This document shows, in pieces, positions 26,779-36,712 of a stretch of DNA of 64,000 nt (its first letter is position 1; the number at the start of each line of letters is the position of its first letter). Source of the stretch: Gaiellales bacterium (GTDB lineage: Bacteria > Actinomycetota > Thermoleophilia > Gaiellales > F1-60-MAGs149); assembly GCA_038321545.1 (NCBI GenBank), contig JBBQFB010000001.1:5239-69238 (forward strand), given 5' to 3'. The translations under genes were made by a program, and so were the position numbers. The notes under the pieces were generated by a model, which saw only the letters and a program-made list of their open reading frames with translations, was not told where the DNA came from and did not search any database.

Positions 26779-28244
26779 TTCGCGGCCTCCGTCGCAGCGG
26801 GCACGGCGAGCTGCGATGCCGGAATGTCGACCCGGCGGGTGACGGCGTGCGGGTAGAACGAGAGCGCAAGCACGGCCGCGACGAGCGGGATGATGGCGTA
26901 GAAGGCGCCCGAGCTCAGCTCCGGCGGGTTGGATGCACCGACCGCGTCGCCCTCACGGTCGTGCAGCAGCGCGGAGATCCACCGGAGCATGTACATGGCT
27001 GCGAGCACCACGGCCAGCGACGCGATCACACCGACCGCGGCCTTCGCCTCGAACGCGCCCAGCAACACCAGGAACTCCGACGCGAACGCGCTGGAGCCCG
27101 GCACGGCGAGCACGGAGACGCCGACGATTATGACGATGGTCGCGAGCACCGGCCGTCCGCGGGCGAGACCGCCGAGCCGCGCGAACGCGTCCTGGCCGGT
27201 GGTGTGCGAGATCCAGCCGGCGAGCAGGAACAGCGCGGCCGACAACAGGCCGTGGTTGACCATCTGGAACGCGGCGCCGGTGGCACCCTGGTCGTTGAGC
27301 GCGAAGATGCCGAGCGTCACGAGGCCCATCTGCGCGATCGACGAGTACGCGATCACGCCCCGCGCGTCCGGCTGGCGGAACGCAAGCAGTGAGCCGTACA
27401 GGAGGCCGATCACGGCCGCCGTGACGAGGATCCAGCGGAAGTCGGAGACCGGCTGCGGGAAGATCGGCAGCACGATCCGCAGGAAGCCGTACGCGCCGGC
27501 CTTCGACGCGACACCGGACAGCACGGCCGCCACCTCGGGTGGCGCGCTGCGGTACGCGTCGGGCACCCAGCCGTGCAACGGCCACACCGGGGCCTTGATC
27601 GCGAACGCCAGGATGAACGCCGCGAACACCCAGTTCGAGCTCGATGTACCGACCTCGGCGAGGTCGAACGAGCCGGCCTTGAGGCCGATCACGATCATCC
27701 CGACCAGCATCAGCAGCGTGCCCACGAACGTGTAGAGGAGGAACTTCAGCGTGCCCTTGCGGCGCTCGGGCCCGCCCCAGATGCCGATCAGGAAGTAGAG
27801 CGGGATCAGCATCGCCTCGAACCCGACGTAGAACAGGATCAGGTCGCGAGCGCAGAACACGAGGATCAGCGCCGACTCCAGCACCAGCAGCAGCACGAAG
27901 TACGGCCGGCCGCGGTACCGGCCCTCCCACGCCGCGTAGCCGAGCGCGCACGTCATCACGAGCACGGTCATGCAGACCATCACCAGCGACAGGCCGTCGA
28001 TGCCGACGTGGTAGCGGACGCCCAGATCGGTCAGCCACGCCCTGTTCGTCTCGAACGCGAACGTGCCGTCGGTCGGCGTGTCGGGGATGATCGTGCGGAG
28101 CAGCCAGTAGATCGGCAGCACCTGGGCGGCGACGGCGACCATCGCGAGAGCCTCGCGCGACAGGGGCAGGACCAGCACGACCAGCGCGACGAGGAGCGGG
28201 AAGACGATCAGCGCCGTGGCGTTGACGGTGTAGACGTCGAACAT
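26775..28244 (-). CDS. nuoM: NADH-quinone oxidoreductase subunit M
   Basis: C-terminal 489 codons of track ORF 26775..30056 from MFDVYTVNATALIVF; TGATG overlap with nuoL stop. Confidence 0.9.
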   Translation of the reverse strand: MFDVYTVNATALIVFPLLVALVVLVLPLSREALAMVAVAAQVLPIYWLLRTIIPDTPTDGTFAFETNRAWLTDLGVRYHVGIDGLSLVMVCMTVLVMTCALGYAAWEGRYRGRPYFVLLLVLESALILVFCARDLILFYVGFEAMLIPLYFLIGIWGGPERRKGTLKFLLYTFVGTLLMLVGMIVIGLKAGSFDLAEVGTSSSNWVFAAFILAFAIKAPVWPLHGWVPDAYRSAPPEVAAVLSGVASKAGAYGFLRIVLPIFPQPVSDFRWILVTAAVIGLLYGSLLAFRQPDARGVIAYSSIAQMGLVTLGIFALNDQGATGAAFQMVNHGLLSAALFLLAGWISHTTGQDAFARLGGLARGRPVLATIVIIVGVSVLAVPGSSAFASEFLVLLGAFEAKAAVGVIASLAVVLAAMYMLRWISALLHDREGDAVGASNPPELSSGAFYAIIPLVAAVLALSFYPHAVTRRVDIPASQLAVPAATEAAK

Positions 28245-30175
28245 CAGGCGGCCTGCACCATGAAGTAGAAGACGAGGCCGGCCACACCGAGTGCGAACGC
28301 CAGCGCGTAGACGCGCACGAGCCCGGTCTGCACCACGCTGAACGCGCGTCCGGCGCGCGTGGCGAGCGAGCCGAGCGCGTCGGGTGCGAGCAACAGCACC
28401 GATTGCTCGAGCGTGCGTCGCAGGGTGTTCGAGAGCCAGACCGCCGGCACGTAGCACGTGAAGTGGTAGAGCTCGTCCCAGAAGAACTGGCGCTCCGAGA
28501 TGACCGCCAGCGCCCGCGGGAAGGCGACCGGGGCGGTGCGGCGGCCGCGGCCCCAGAGGCGCGCCGCGACGAGGATGCCGGTCACGCCCGCGGCGGTGGC
28601 CACGGCGGTCGCGATCCAGTCGTTGGAGTCGGACGGCACGAGCATCGGGACGCCGCCGTAGACGACCGGGTCGAGCCAGCTCTCGAACGCGTGCGTCACG
28701 CTCGGGAACTGCAACAGCCCGGCGACGGCGGCCAGCGCAGCGAGGATGTAGACCGGTATCAGCATCGTCCGCGGACCCTCGCCGTGCTCGGTGTGGTGCG
28801 GCGCGTGCTCGGCGGCGAACTCGCTCGGCTCGCCGCGGAACACGACGAACATCAGGCGCGAGGCGTACAGGCCGGTCAGCAGCGCGCCGACGGCGCCGCC
28901 GATGAACGCCAGGTAGCCCCAGAACCCGCCCAGCTCGAGGCCGGATGCCAGGATGGTGTCCTTCGAGATGCCGCCCGACAGCGGGAACACTCCGGCCAGC
29001 GCGAGGGTGCCGATCCACATGCAGATCGCGGTCTTCGGCAGCCACTTCTGCATGCCGCCCATCTTCCGGATGTCCTGCTCGTCGGCCAGCGCGTGGATGA
29101 CGACGCCGGCGCCCATGAACAGCAGCGCCTTGAAGAACGCGTGTGTGGTCAGGTGGAAGATGCCCGTCCAGTAGGCACCGAGCCCGACGCCGACGAACAT
29201 GTACGCGATCTGGCTCATCGTCGAGAAGGCGATGATGCGTTTGATGTCGGTCTGCGTGAGCGCCGTCAGGCCGGCCATCAGCAGCCCTGCCACGCCGATC
29301 GCGACGATCACGTGCTGGATCGTGGGCGCGTACGAGTAGAGCGGGTTCATCCGCGCGATCAGGTACACGCCCGCCGTCACCATGGTGGCCGCGTGGATGA
29401 GGGCGGAGACCGGAGTGGGGCCCTCCATCGCGTCGGGCAGCCACGTGTGCAGCGGCAGCTGCGCCGACTTCGCCAGCCCGCCGACCAGCAGCAGCGCGCA
29501 GATCCAGTTGATCGTGGACGTGTCGACGCCCAGCTGCGCGCGCTCGCCGAACACCTCGATGTAGTCGACGGTGCCGAGTTCGCGAAAGATCATGAAGATG
29601 CCGATTGCCAGGCCGACGTCGCCGACGGCGTTCATGACGAAGGCCTTCTTGGCGGCGGCGACCGCGCTCGGCTTCTGGTGCCAGAACCCGATCAGCAGGT
29701 AGGACGACAGGCCGACCATGCCCCAGCCGACCAGCAGCACGACGAAGTTCGCAGCCAGCACCAGGATCAGCATCGAGAACACGAACAGGTTCAGGTACGC
29801 GAAGTAGCGCCGCTCCTCGAGGTCGCCGTGCATGTACCCGACCGAGTAGACGTGGATCAGGAATCCGACGCCCGTCACCACGAGCAGCATCACGGCGGAC
29901 AGCTGGTCGACCAGGATCGAGTTGTCGACGTGGAGCGTGCCGGCCTGCATCCAGGTCCAGGCGACCGAGTGGATGGAGCGCGTGTCCTCGCTGAGGGCGT
30001 GGAGGCGGAGGAACACCCCCGCGCTGAGCACGAACGCGGCGAGCATCACGAAGCACGCGATCCAGGCCGCCGTGCGGCGCGGCACGCGCTCGCCCGCGAA
30101 CCCCAGGAGCGCGATCAGCACGCAGCCGGCGAGCGGCGCGGCGTACGCCAGCCAGGCCATCATGGAGATACTCAT
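28244..30175 (-). CDS. nuoL: NADH-quinone oxidoreductase subunit L
   Basis: 643 aa antiporter-like subunit with C-terminal extension. Confidence 0.92.
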   Translation of the reverse strand: MSISMMAWLAYAAPLAGCVLIALLGFAGERVPRRTAAWIACFVMLAAFVLSAGVFLRLHALSEDTRSIHSVAWTWMQAGTLHVDNSILVDQLSAVMLLVVTGVGFLIHVYSVGYMHGDLEERRYFAYLNLFVFSMLILVLAANFVVLLVGWGMVGLSSYLLIGFWHQKPSAVAAAKKAFVMNAVGDVGLAIGIFMIFRELGTVDYIEVFGERAQLGVDTSTINWICALLLVGGLAKSAQLPLHTWLPDAMEGPTPVSALIHAATMVTAGVYLIARMNPLYSYAPTIQHVIVAIGVAGLLMAGLTALTQTDIKRIIAFSTMSQIAYMFVGVGLGAYWTGIFHLTTHAFFKALLFMGAGVVIHALADEQDIRKMGGMQKWLPKTAICMWIGTLALAGVFPLSGGISKDTILASGLELGGFWGYLAFIGGAVGALLTGLYASRLMFVVFRGEPSEFAAEHAPHHTEHGEGPRTMLIPVYILAALAAVAGLLQFPSVTHAFESWLDPVVYGGVPMLVPSDSNDWIATAVATAAGVTGILVAARLWGRGRRTAPVAFPRALAVISERQFFWDELYHFTCYVPAVWLSNTLRRTLEQSVLLLAPDALGSLATRAGRAFSVVQTGLVRVYALAFALGVAGLVFYFMVQAA

Positions 30176-30480
30176 CAGCCGCGCAGCTCCACGAGCTCGT
30201 CGGTGTCGAGCGTCATCTTGCGGCGCTCCATGGCGACGATCAGGCCCAGCCCGACGACCACCTCGGCCGCCGCGACGCCCATCACGACGAGCGCGAACAC
30301 CTGGCCGGACGGGGTGCCGACGTAGCGCCCGAAGCCCACCAGCGTCAGGTTGACCGAGTTCAGCATCACCTCGAGCGACAGCAGCACCACGATCGGCGAG
30401 CGGCGCAGCAGCACGCCGGCCAGCCCGATCACGAACAGCAGGCCGGACACGATCAGGTACGAGCCGATCGACGGGGTCAC
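30175..30480 (-). CDS. nuoK: NADH-quinone oxidoreductase subunit K
   Basis: 101 aa from in-frame GTG 30480 (VTPSIGSYLIVSGLLF..), three TM segments. Confidence 0.88.
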   Translation of the reverse strand: MTPSIGSYLIVSGLLFVIGLAGVLLRRSPIVVLLSLEVMLNSVNLTLVGFGRYVGTPSGQVFALVVMGVAAAEVVVGLGLIVAMERRKMTLDTDELVELRG

Positions 30481-31052
30481 TCGCCGCCGCTCCGGATCGC
30501 AGCCAGCTCGCGCGCCTGCCGCACGCGGCGCTCGCGCTCGTCGAGGTCGACGCGCATCGGGCGCGGCCCCGCGCCCAGCACGACGGCGGCGATGGCCGCG
30601 ACGAGCAGCAGCAGCGAGACGAGTTCGAACGCGCCGACGTACGTCGTCAGGAACACCTGGCCGACCGTCTGCGGCGAGCCGAACGAGTCCTTGACCGTCG
30701 CGGGCTGATCGAGCCCGGTGCGGCCGATCACGAGTGCCAGCTCGACCAGGATCGCACCCGCCGCGATCGCGCCGACGACCACCTGCCAGGTGCGGCGCTT
30801 CGTCGCCGGCAGCTCGCCGCGCGGCCCGATGTAGGCGATTACGAACAGGAACATCACCATCACCGCGCCGGCGTAGACGATGATCTGCGCCGCGGCCACG
30901 AAGTCCGATTGGAGCAGCAGAAACAGCGTCGCCAGCGATGCCAGGTTGCCCAGCAGCGCGATCGCCGAGATGAACGGGTTGCCCTGCAGCACCACGGCGA
31001 GCGCGCTCGCGATGGCGGCGGCGGAGGCGACGAACCAGACGACCGTTGCCAC
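30477..31052 (-). CDS. nuoJ: NADH-quinone oxidoreductase subunit J
   Basis: 191 aa from GTG 31052 ([14 protein letters not shown]..). Confidence 0.85.
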   Translation of the reverse strand: MATVVWFVASAAAIASALAVVLQGNPFISAIALLGNLASLATLFLLLQSDFVAAAQIIVYAGAVMVMFLFVIAYIGPRGELPATKRRTWQVVVGAIAAGAILVELALVIGRTGLDQPATVKDSFGSPQTVGQVFLTTYVGAFELVSLLLLVAAIAAVVLGAGPRPMRVDLDERERRVRQARELAAIRSGGE

Positions 31053-31609
31053 TACCAGAGCCCCTTGACTTCGTCGTCGCCGGGCGTGCCCTCGGGATTG
31101 GTGGCGGTCGTGATCTCGTACATGCCGAGCGTGCGCTCCATCTCCTGCACGGGATGGTCGAACACGTCGATCGCCTTCGACGGCGTCCGCCGGATCGGCT
31201 TCTCGAGCAGCATCTCCTTCGTGTACACGAGCGCCTCGCGGGAGATCTCCGACAGCTCGAAGTCGTTGCCGAGCGTGATCGCGTCGAACGGGCAGGCCAG
31301 CTCGCAGTAGCCGCAGAAGATGCAGCGGGCCATGTTGATCTCGTAGATGCGGGCGTACCGCTCGCCGGCCGAGACGCGGTTGTCCACCGTGTTCTCGGCG
31401 GGGACGACGCGGATGCAGTCCGACGGGCAGGCGGCCGCGCACAGCGAGCAGCCGACGCACTTCTCGAGGCCATTCTCGTGGCGGTGCAGCTGGTGGCGGC
31501 CGCGGAACCGCGGGTAGACCGGGCGCTTGTACTCGGGGTACTGCTGCGTGACCGGCTTCCGGAAGAGGTGCCGGAGGGTGACGCTGAATCCCTTGACCTG
31601 ATCGAGCAT
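31052..31609 (-). CDS. nuoI: NADH-quinone oxidoreductase subunit I (2x[4Fe-4S])
   Basis: [12 protein letters not shown] and [12 protein letters not shown]. Confidence 0.93.
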   Translation of the reverse strand: MLDQVKGFSVTLRHLFRKPVTQQYPEYKRPVYPRFRGRHQLHRHENGLEKCVGCSLCAAACPSDCIRVVPAENTVDNRVSAGERYARIYEINMARCIFCGYCELACPFDAITLGNDFELSEISREALVYTKEMLLEKPIRRTPSKAIDVFDHPVQEMERTLGMYEITTATNPEGTPGDDEVKGLW

Positions 31610-31621
31610 GAGCGGCGGCGC

Positions 31622-32611
31622 CTATCCGTAGACCACGAAGAACGCGGTGACGACGAGGTTGAGGGTGGCGGCCGGCAGCAGCACCTTCCAGCCGAGCGAC
31701 ATCAGCTGGTCGAAGCGCACGCGGGGCACGGTGGCGCGGAGCCAGATGAAGATGAACAGGAACAGGCCGGTCTTCAGCAGCATCCAGATCGGGCCAGGCA
31801 GGAACGGGCCGGCCGGGCCGGCCAGGAACAGCACGGACGCCAGCGCCGACAGCGTGATCGCGTTGATGAACTCGGCGTTCGCGAACATCGCGAACCGCAT
31901 GCCGCCGTACTCGGTGTGGTACCCGGCGACCACCTCGCCGTCGGCCTCGGCGAGGTCGAACGGCGGCCGGTTCGACTCGGCCACGGCTGCGACCATGAAC
32001 ACCAGGAAGCCGAGGAACTGCGGGACGATGTACCAGAGCCAGTTGTCCTGCTTCTGCGCGATCTCGATGAACGAGAGCGACCCGGAGTGGATCACGACGC
32101 CGATCACGGCCAGCGTGAACGCGACCTCGTACGAGACCAGCTGGGCGATCGCGCGCATGCCGCCGAGCAGCGAGTACTTCGAGCCCGACGCCCAGCCGCC
32201 GATCAGCAGGCCGTAGAAGCCGAGCGAACCGAGCGCCGCGACGAACAGCAGCGCCACGTTGGAGTCGGCCATGTACAGGTGGAAGTGGATGTCGGTACCC
32301 GGCACGGTGGCGAGCCCGCCGAACGGCATCAGGCCGAACGCCCCGATGGCGCAGAACAGCGAGATGAACGGCGCCAGCAGGTACAGCCGCGGACGCGCCC
32401 CGTCGGGGATCATCGACTGCTTGCGCAGCAGCTTGCCGAGGTCGGCAATCGGCTGCAGCAATCCGTACGGGCCGACCCGGTTCGGGCCGAGCCGGGCCTG
32501 GAACCGCCCGATCAGGCGGCGCTCGACCCACGTCATGACCGCGAAGAACGCCATCAGCAGGTTCACGAGCGCGAACCCCTTGATGGCGGTGATGTAGAAG
32601 CCGTCGACCAT
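31622..32611 (-). CDS. nuoH: NADH-quinone oxidoreductase subunit H
   Basis: 329 aa from ATG 32611 (MVDGFYITAIKGF..); ..ERRLIGRFQARLGPNRVGPYGLLQPIAD.. Confidence 0.92.
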   Translation of the reverse strand: MVDGFYITAIKGFALVNLLMAFFAVMTWVERRLIGRFQARLGPNRVGPYGLLQPIADLGKLLRKQSMIPDGARPRLYLLAPFISLFCAIGAFGLMPFGGLATVPGTDIHFHLYMADSNVALLFVAALGSLGFYGLLIGGWASGSKYSLLGGMRAIAQLVSYEVAFTLAVIGVVIHSGSLSFIEIAQKQDNWLWYIVPQFLGFLVFMVAAVAESNRPPFDLAEADGEVVAGYHTEYGGMRFAMFANAEFINAITLSALASVLFLAGPAGPFLPGPIWMLLKTGLFLFIFIWLRATVPRVRFDQLMSLGWKVLLPAATLNLVVTAFFVVYG

Positions 32612-34896
32612 CAGGCGGTGACGACCTCCGCGTCGCCGGAGACGGGTGGGCCGCCCCAGTTGATGCGCACGGCACCCGCGCGCAGCCGACGCGAGGTGCG
32701 CACCGGGCCGGCATGGTCGCCGCCCGCGTGGCGCACCGTCACGACGTCGTGCTCCGACACGCCGAGGCGCGCGGCGTCCTCGTGGTTGAGCATCACCCAG
32801 GGCGCGCGCTGGTGCGCGAGGGCCGGCGTGCGCTCGACCGCGACGCCCGAGAAGAAGGGGCGCGGGGCGATCAGCGCGAAGCGGCCGTCGGCGACGGGCG
32901 CGGCGGGTGCCGGCGCGGGGTCCGTCGAGGTACCGGGGGCGGGGCGCGTGCGGGCCGGCAGCGGCGCGCGACCGTTCAGCTCGCTCCATGTGAGCGGAAT
33001 CCCGAGCTCGCCGGCCAGCTGCGCGTACGCCTTGGACGGCGCCGGCGGGATCTCGATGCCGAGGTGCGCGGCGATCGCGACGTACGCGGCCAGGTCGGGC
33101 ACGCCGCTGGGCGGCTTCGTGGCCGGCCGCAGCCGCTGGATGCGTCCCTCGAGGTTGGTCGTCGTGCCCTCGCGCTCGTAGTCGACGGCCTGCGGCAGCA
33201 CGATGTGGCTCCACGACACCGACGTGTTCACGAACGGCGAGACGCAGATCACGTGGCGCAGCTGCGACAGCGCCATCTGCCAGCGATCGGCCGCGGGCCA
33301 CTCCGCTGTCGGGTCGACGCCGAGCAGCACCAGCGCGTGCACCGCGCCGGCCTCGATCGCGGCCAGCACCTCGTCGCCTCCGCCGGCCAGCCCGAGCATC
33401 CGCGCGCCGCGCTCGTTCGGCCCGGTGGGGAGGGGCAGCACGCCGCCCCGCTCGTGCAGCCCGAGCGCGTTCGCGGTCGCCGCGATGGTGGCGACGTCGA
33501 CGTCGTCGGTGACGATCAGGATCGGGTGCTCCGCACCGGTCAGCGGGCCGGGATCGGCGACCAGACCGGCGAGAGCCTGCGCCGTGGTCGTGCCCGCAGC
33601 GGTCTGGCGCACGGTGCCGGCGTCCCGATCGAGCAGCGTGCCGCCCGGTCCGACCATCATCACGTGCGCGCCCCGGCGACGGGCCTTGCGGATGCGCAGG
33701 TCGAGCACACCGCCGCGGTCGGCCACGTCGCTGTCGCCGACGACCACGATCACGTCGGCACGGTCGAGGTCGTCGATGCGCGCCGCGTACGGGTCGAGCA
33801 GCTCCCAGGCGCCGGCGCTCGCGGTGGGGCCGGACGCCGTCAGCGCACGGACGTCGCGGGCGATGCGGCCCCAGGCGTACGCCTCCTCGTTGGTGAGGTT
33901 GCCGGCCGTGACGATGGCGACCGACCCGGCGCCCTCGAGGGAGTCGACGTGGCGGAGGCGCTGGCTGACGGTGCGGGTGGCCTCGTCCCACGAGACGGCG
34001 TCGAGGCCGGTGGCGGAGCGCATCAGCGGCTCGCTGAGGCGGTCGGCGAGCGGCTCGAAGCGCGCGAACCGGCCGCGGTCGCAGAGCCAGCCCTCGTCGA
34101 CCTCGGGATGGTTGCGCGACAGCACGCGCTCGGTGCGGCCCTCGCGGACCGTGGCCCACGTGTTGCACCCGACGGCGCACCCGCCGCAGACGGACGGCAC
34201 GTTGACGATCTCCCACGGCCGCGCCTTGAAGCGGTACGGGGTCGGCAGCAGAGCGCCCACGGGGCACAGCTCGGTCACGTTGCCGGAGAAGGCGCCGACG
34301 TACGGGCGCTCCTGGAACGTCGCGATCACGCTGAAAGCGCCGCGCTCCCGCGCGATCAGCTCGCCATCCTCGGCGACGTCGGAGGAGAACCGGGTGCAGC
34401 GGTAGCAGAGGATGCAGCGCTCGCGATCGAGCACGATCGACGGCGAGATCGGCAACGGCTTCTCGTACGTCCGCTTCGGCAGCGTCATCCGGCTCTTGCC
34501 GGGGCCGTACCGGAACGCGAGGTCCTGCAGCGGGCACTCGCCGCCCTTGTCGCAGACCGGACAGTCGAGCGGATGGTTCAGCAGCAGGAACTCGAGGACC
34601 GCGTCCTGCCCCTCCTCGGCCTTCGCGGAGGTGGCGGCGCTGCGCACGATCATGCCGTCGGCGGCCGTCATCGTGCAGGCCGCCTGCAGCTTCGGCATCG
34701 GACGGCCGCCCATCTCGACCTCGACCAGGCACATGCGGCACGCGCCGACCGGCGGGCCGAGCCGCGGCTCGTAACAGAAGACGGGGATCTCGATGCCCGC
34801 GTGCGCCGCCGCGACGACCAGCGGCGTGCCGGCGGGCACCTGCACCTCGCGACCGTCGAACGTGACGGTGACCGTGGCGGCTTCGGTCGTCGCCAT
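32611..34896 (-). CDS. nuoG: NADH-quinone oxidoreductase subunit G
   Basis: 761 aa from ATG 34896 (MATTEAATVTVTFDGREV..); CYEPRLGPPVGACRMC, CPVCDKGGECPLQD. Confidence 0.92.
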   Translation of the reverse strand: MATTEAATVTVTFDGREVQVPAGTPLVVAAAHAGIEIPVFCYEPRLGPPVGACRMCLVEVEMGGRPMPKLQAACTMTAADGMIVRSAATSAKAEEGQDAVLEFLLLNHPLDCPVCDKGGECPLQDLAFRYGPGKSRMTLPKRTYEKPLPISPSIVLDRERCILCYRCTRFSSDVAEDGELIARERGAFSVIATFQERPYVGAFSGNVTELCPVGALLPTPYRFKARPWEIVNVPSVCGGCAVGCNTWATVREGRTERVLSRNHPEVDEGWLCDRGRFARFEPLADRLSEPLMRSATGLDAVSWDEATRTVSQRLRHVDSLEGAGSVAIVTAGNLTNEEAYAWGRIARDVRALTASGPTASAGAWELLDPYAARIDDLDRADVIVVVGDSDVADRGGVLDLRIRKARRRGAHVMMVGPGGTLLDRDAGTVRQTAAGTTTAQALAGLVADPGPLTGAEHPILIVTDDVDVATIAATANALGLHERGGVLPLPTGPNERGARMLGLAGGGDEVLAAIEAGAVHALVLLGVDPTAEWPAADRWQMALSQLRHVICVSPFVNTSVSWSHIVLPQAVDYEREGTTTNLEGRIQRLRPATKPPSGVPDLAAYVAIAAHLGIEIPPAPSKAYAQLAGELGIPLTWSELNGRAPLPARTRPAPGTSTDPAPAPAAPVADGRFALIAPRPFFSGVAVERTPALAHQRAPWVMLNHEDAARLGVSEHDVVTVRHAGGDHAGPVRTSRRLRAGAVRINWGGPPVSGDAEVVTA

Positions 34897-36230
34897 CAGG
34901 CCGGCACCAGCGGGAGGTTGCGCTTCAGCTCGGGGTAGAGGGCGCCGAACGGCGCGGACAGGCCCTCGGGCACGCCGACGCCGATACAGGCCTCGAACTC
35001 GGCGCGGAAGTGCTTCAGGTACGAGCGCACCGGCATCGCACAGGCGTCGCCGAGCGGACACAGGCACTTGCCCTCGATGCGGTCGCACATCTCGACCAGC
35101 AGGTCGATCTCGTGCATCTGCGCCTCTCCCGAGGCCACGCGCTTCAGCAGCTCCACCATCCAGCGCGTGCCCTCGCGGCACGGCGTGCACTTGCCGCACG
35201 ACTCGTGCCGGTAGAAGTCGGCGACGCGCAGGGCGAGATGCACCATCGAGGTGCGGTCGTCCATCACGATCACGGCGCCCGATCCGGCCATCGACCCGGC
35301 CGCTGCCACGGTCTCGACGGCCAGCTGCACGTCGAGGTCGTCGGGCATGAGGATCGGCGCGGACGAGCCGCCCGGAATGAAGCACTTCATGGGGCGGCCG
35401 CCGGCGACGCCGCCGCCGCACCCTTCGATCAGGTCGCGGTACGTGGCGTTCACGGGCAGCTCGTAGTTGCCGGGCCGCTGCACGTGCCCGGACAGCGACA
35501 TCAGGCGCGTGCCCGTCGTCTGCTCGGTGCGCAGCTGCTGGTAGCGGTCGGCGCCCATCGCGAAGATGAACGGCACCGTCATCACGGTTTCGACGTTGTT
35601 GAGCAGCGTCGGGCTCTTCCAGGCGCCGGACACGGCCGGAAACGGCGGCTTCGCGGTCGGCTGGCCGCGCTCGCCGTTGAGGGCCGACAGCAGCGCCGTC
35701 TCCTCGCCGCAGATGTAGGCGCCGGCGCCACGGTGCACGTAGATGTCGACCTTGCCCGGCGCGCCGGGCAGCGCGGTGCCCAGATACCCGCGCTGGTAGG
35801 CCTGCGCGATGGCCCCCGACAGCTCGTCGGCCTCGGCCGCGTACTCGCCGCGGATGAAGATGTACGTGGCCCGCGCATTGATCGCGTTGCAGAGCATGAT
35901 GCAGCCCTCGATCAGGGCGTGCGGGTTGCGCAGCAGCAGCTCGCGGTCCTTGAAGGTGCCCGGCTCGGACTCGTCGGCGTTCACGACCAGGAACCGCTCG
36001 CCCTTGCCGATGAACGACACCTTCATGCCGGTCGGGAAGCCGGCTCCCCCGCGTCCGCGCAGGCCGGAGTCCTTCAGCTCCTGCACGAACTCGTCGAACG
36101 GCCGCGCGGCCTGGGCGAACGCCGTCTTGTAGCCACCCGATGCCTCGTAGGCGGCGATGTCGGCGCGGTCCCCCTCGAAGTCGAGCAGGATCGCGTCGGG
36201 GCGCGGGGCGGCGTAGGTGGGACCCTGCAT
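34896..36230 (-). CDS. nuoF: NADH-quinone oxidoreductase subunit F
   Basis: 444 aa from ATG 36230 (MQGPTYAAP..); GRGGAGFPTG, ESCGKCTPCREG. Confidence 0.93.
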   Translation of the reverse strand: MQGPTYAAPRPDAILLDFEGDRADIAAYEASGGYKTAFAQAARPFDEFVQELKDSGLRGRGGAGFPTGMKVSFIGKGERFLVVNADESEPGTFKDRELLLRNPHALIEGCIMLCNAINARATYIFIRGEYAAEADELSGAIAQAYQRGYLGTALPGAPGKVDIYVHRGAGAYICGEETALLSALNGERGQPTAKPPFPAVSGAWKSPTLLNNVETVMTVPFIFAMGADRYQQLRTEQTTGTRLMSLSGHVQRPGNYELPVNATYRDLIEGCGGGVAGGRPMKCFIPGGSSAPILMPDDLDVQLAVETVAAAGSMAGSGAVIVMDDRTSMVHLALRVADFYRHESCGKCTPCREGTRWMVELLKRVASGEAQMHEIDLLVEMCDRIEGKCLCPLGDACAMPVRSYLKHFRAEFEACIGVGVPEGLSAPFGALYPELKRNLPLVPA

Positions 36231-36712
36231 CAGTGTCCTGGCTCGCGGGATCGGAGGTCGCCGACGACCGTCTTCGCGTCGTCGGCGGTGAAGTGCTCGA
36301 GATAGCGGTGATCGACCGACACGACCGGCCCCCAGCCGCAGCCGCCGAGGCACTCGACCGACCGCAGCGTGACGGCGCCGTCGGCCGACGTCTCGCCGAG
36401 CCGGCAGCCGAGCTCGCGCTCGAAGGCGCCGACGACATCGGTTGCGCCGACCAGGCAGCACGACACGTTCGTACACACCTCGACCAGGTGCTCACCGACC
36501 GGCTCGAGGAAGAACATGTCGTAGAAGGACGCCACCGCCTGGCAGTGCGCGACCGGCAGGTCGATGCAGCGGGAGACCTCTTCGAAGGCCTCCGGCGACA
36601 GCCAGCGGTACTTCTGCTGGGCGAGGCGCAGCGCGGCCAGGATCGCCGAGCGGCGGTCGGGGTACTTCGCGATCTCCCGCTGGATGGGTTCGTACAGCGT
36701 GTCCAGGGCCAT
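36230..36712 (-). CDS. nuoE: NADH-quinone oxidoreductase subunit E
   Basis: 160 aa from ATG 36712 (MALDTLYEPIQREI..); CTNVSCCL, ECLGGCG. Confidence 0.9.
   Translation of the reverse strand: MALDTLYEPIQREIAKYPDRRSAILAALRLAQQKYRWLSPEAFEEVSRCIDLPVAHCQAVASFYDMFFLEPVGEHLVEVCTNVSCCLVGATDVVGAFERELGCRLGETSADGAVTLRSVECLGGCGWGPVVSVDHRYLEHFTADDAKTVVGDLRSREPGH

Noticed and set aside
28245-30056. Upstream extension making nuoM a 1093-aa protein, with the analogous extensions of nuoH (to 34741), nuoG (to 36495), nuoK (to 31473) and nuoJ (to 32714)
   Set aside because: These are stop-free alternative frames over neighbouring nuo genes. The homologous parts begin at in-frame starts that overlap the preceding stop codons.
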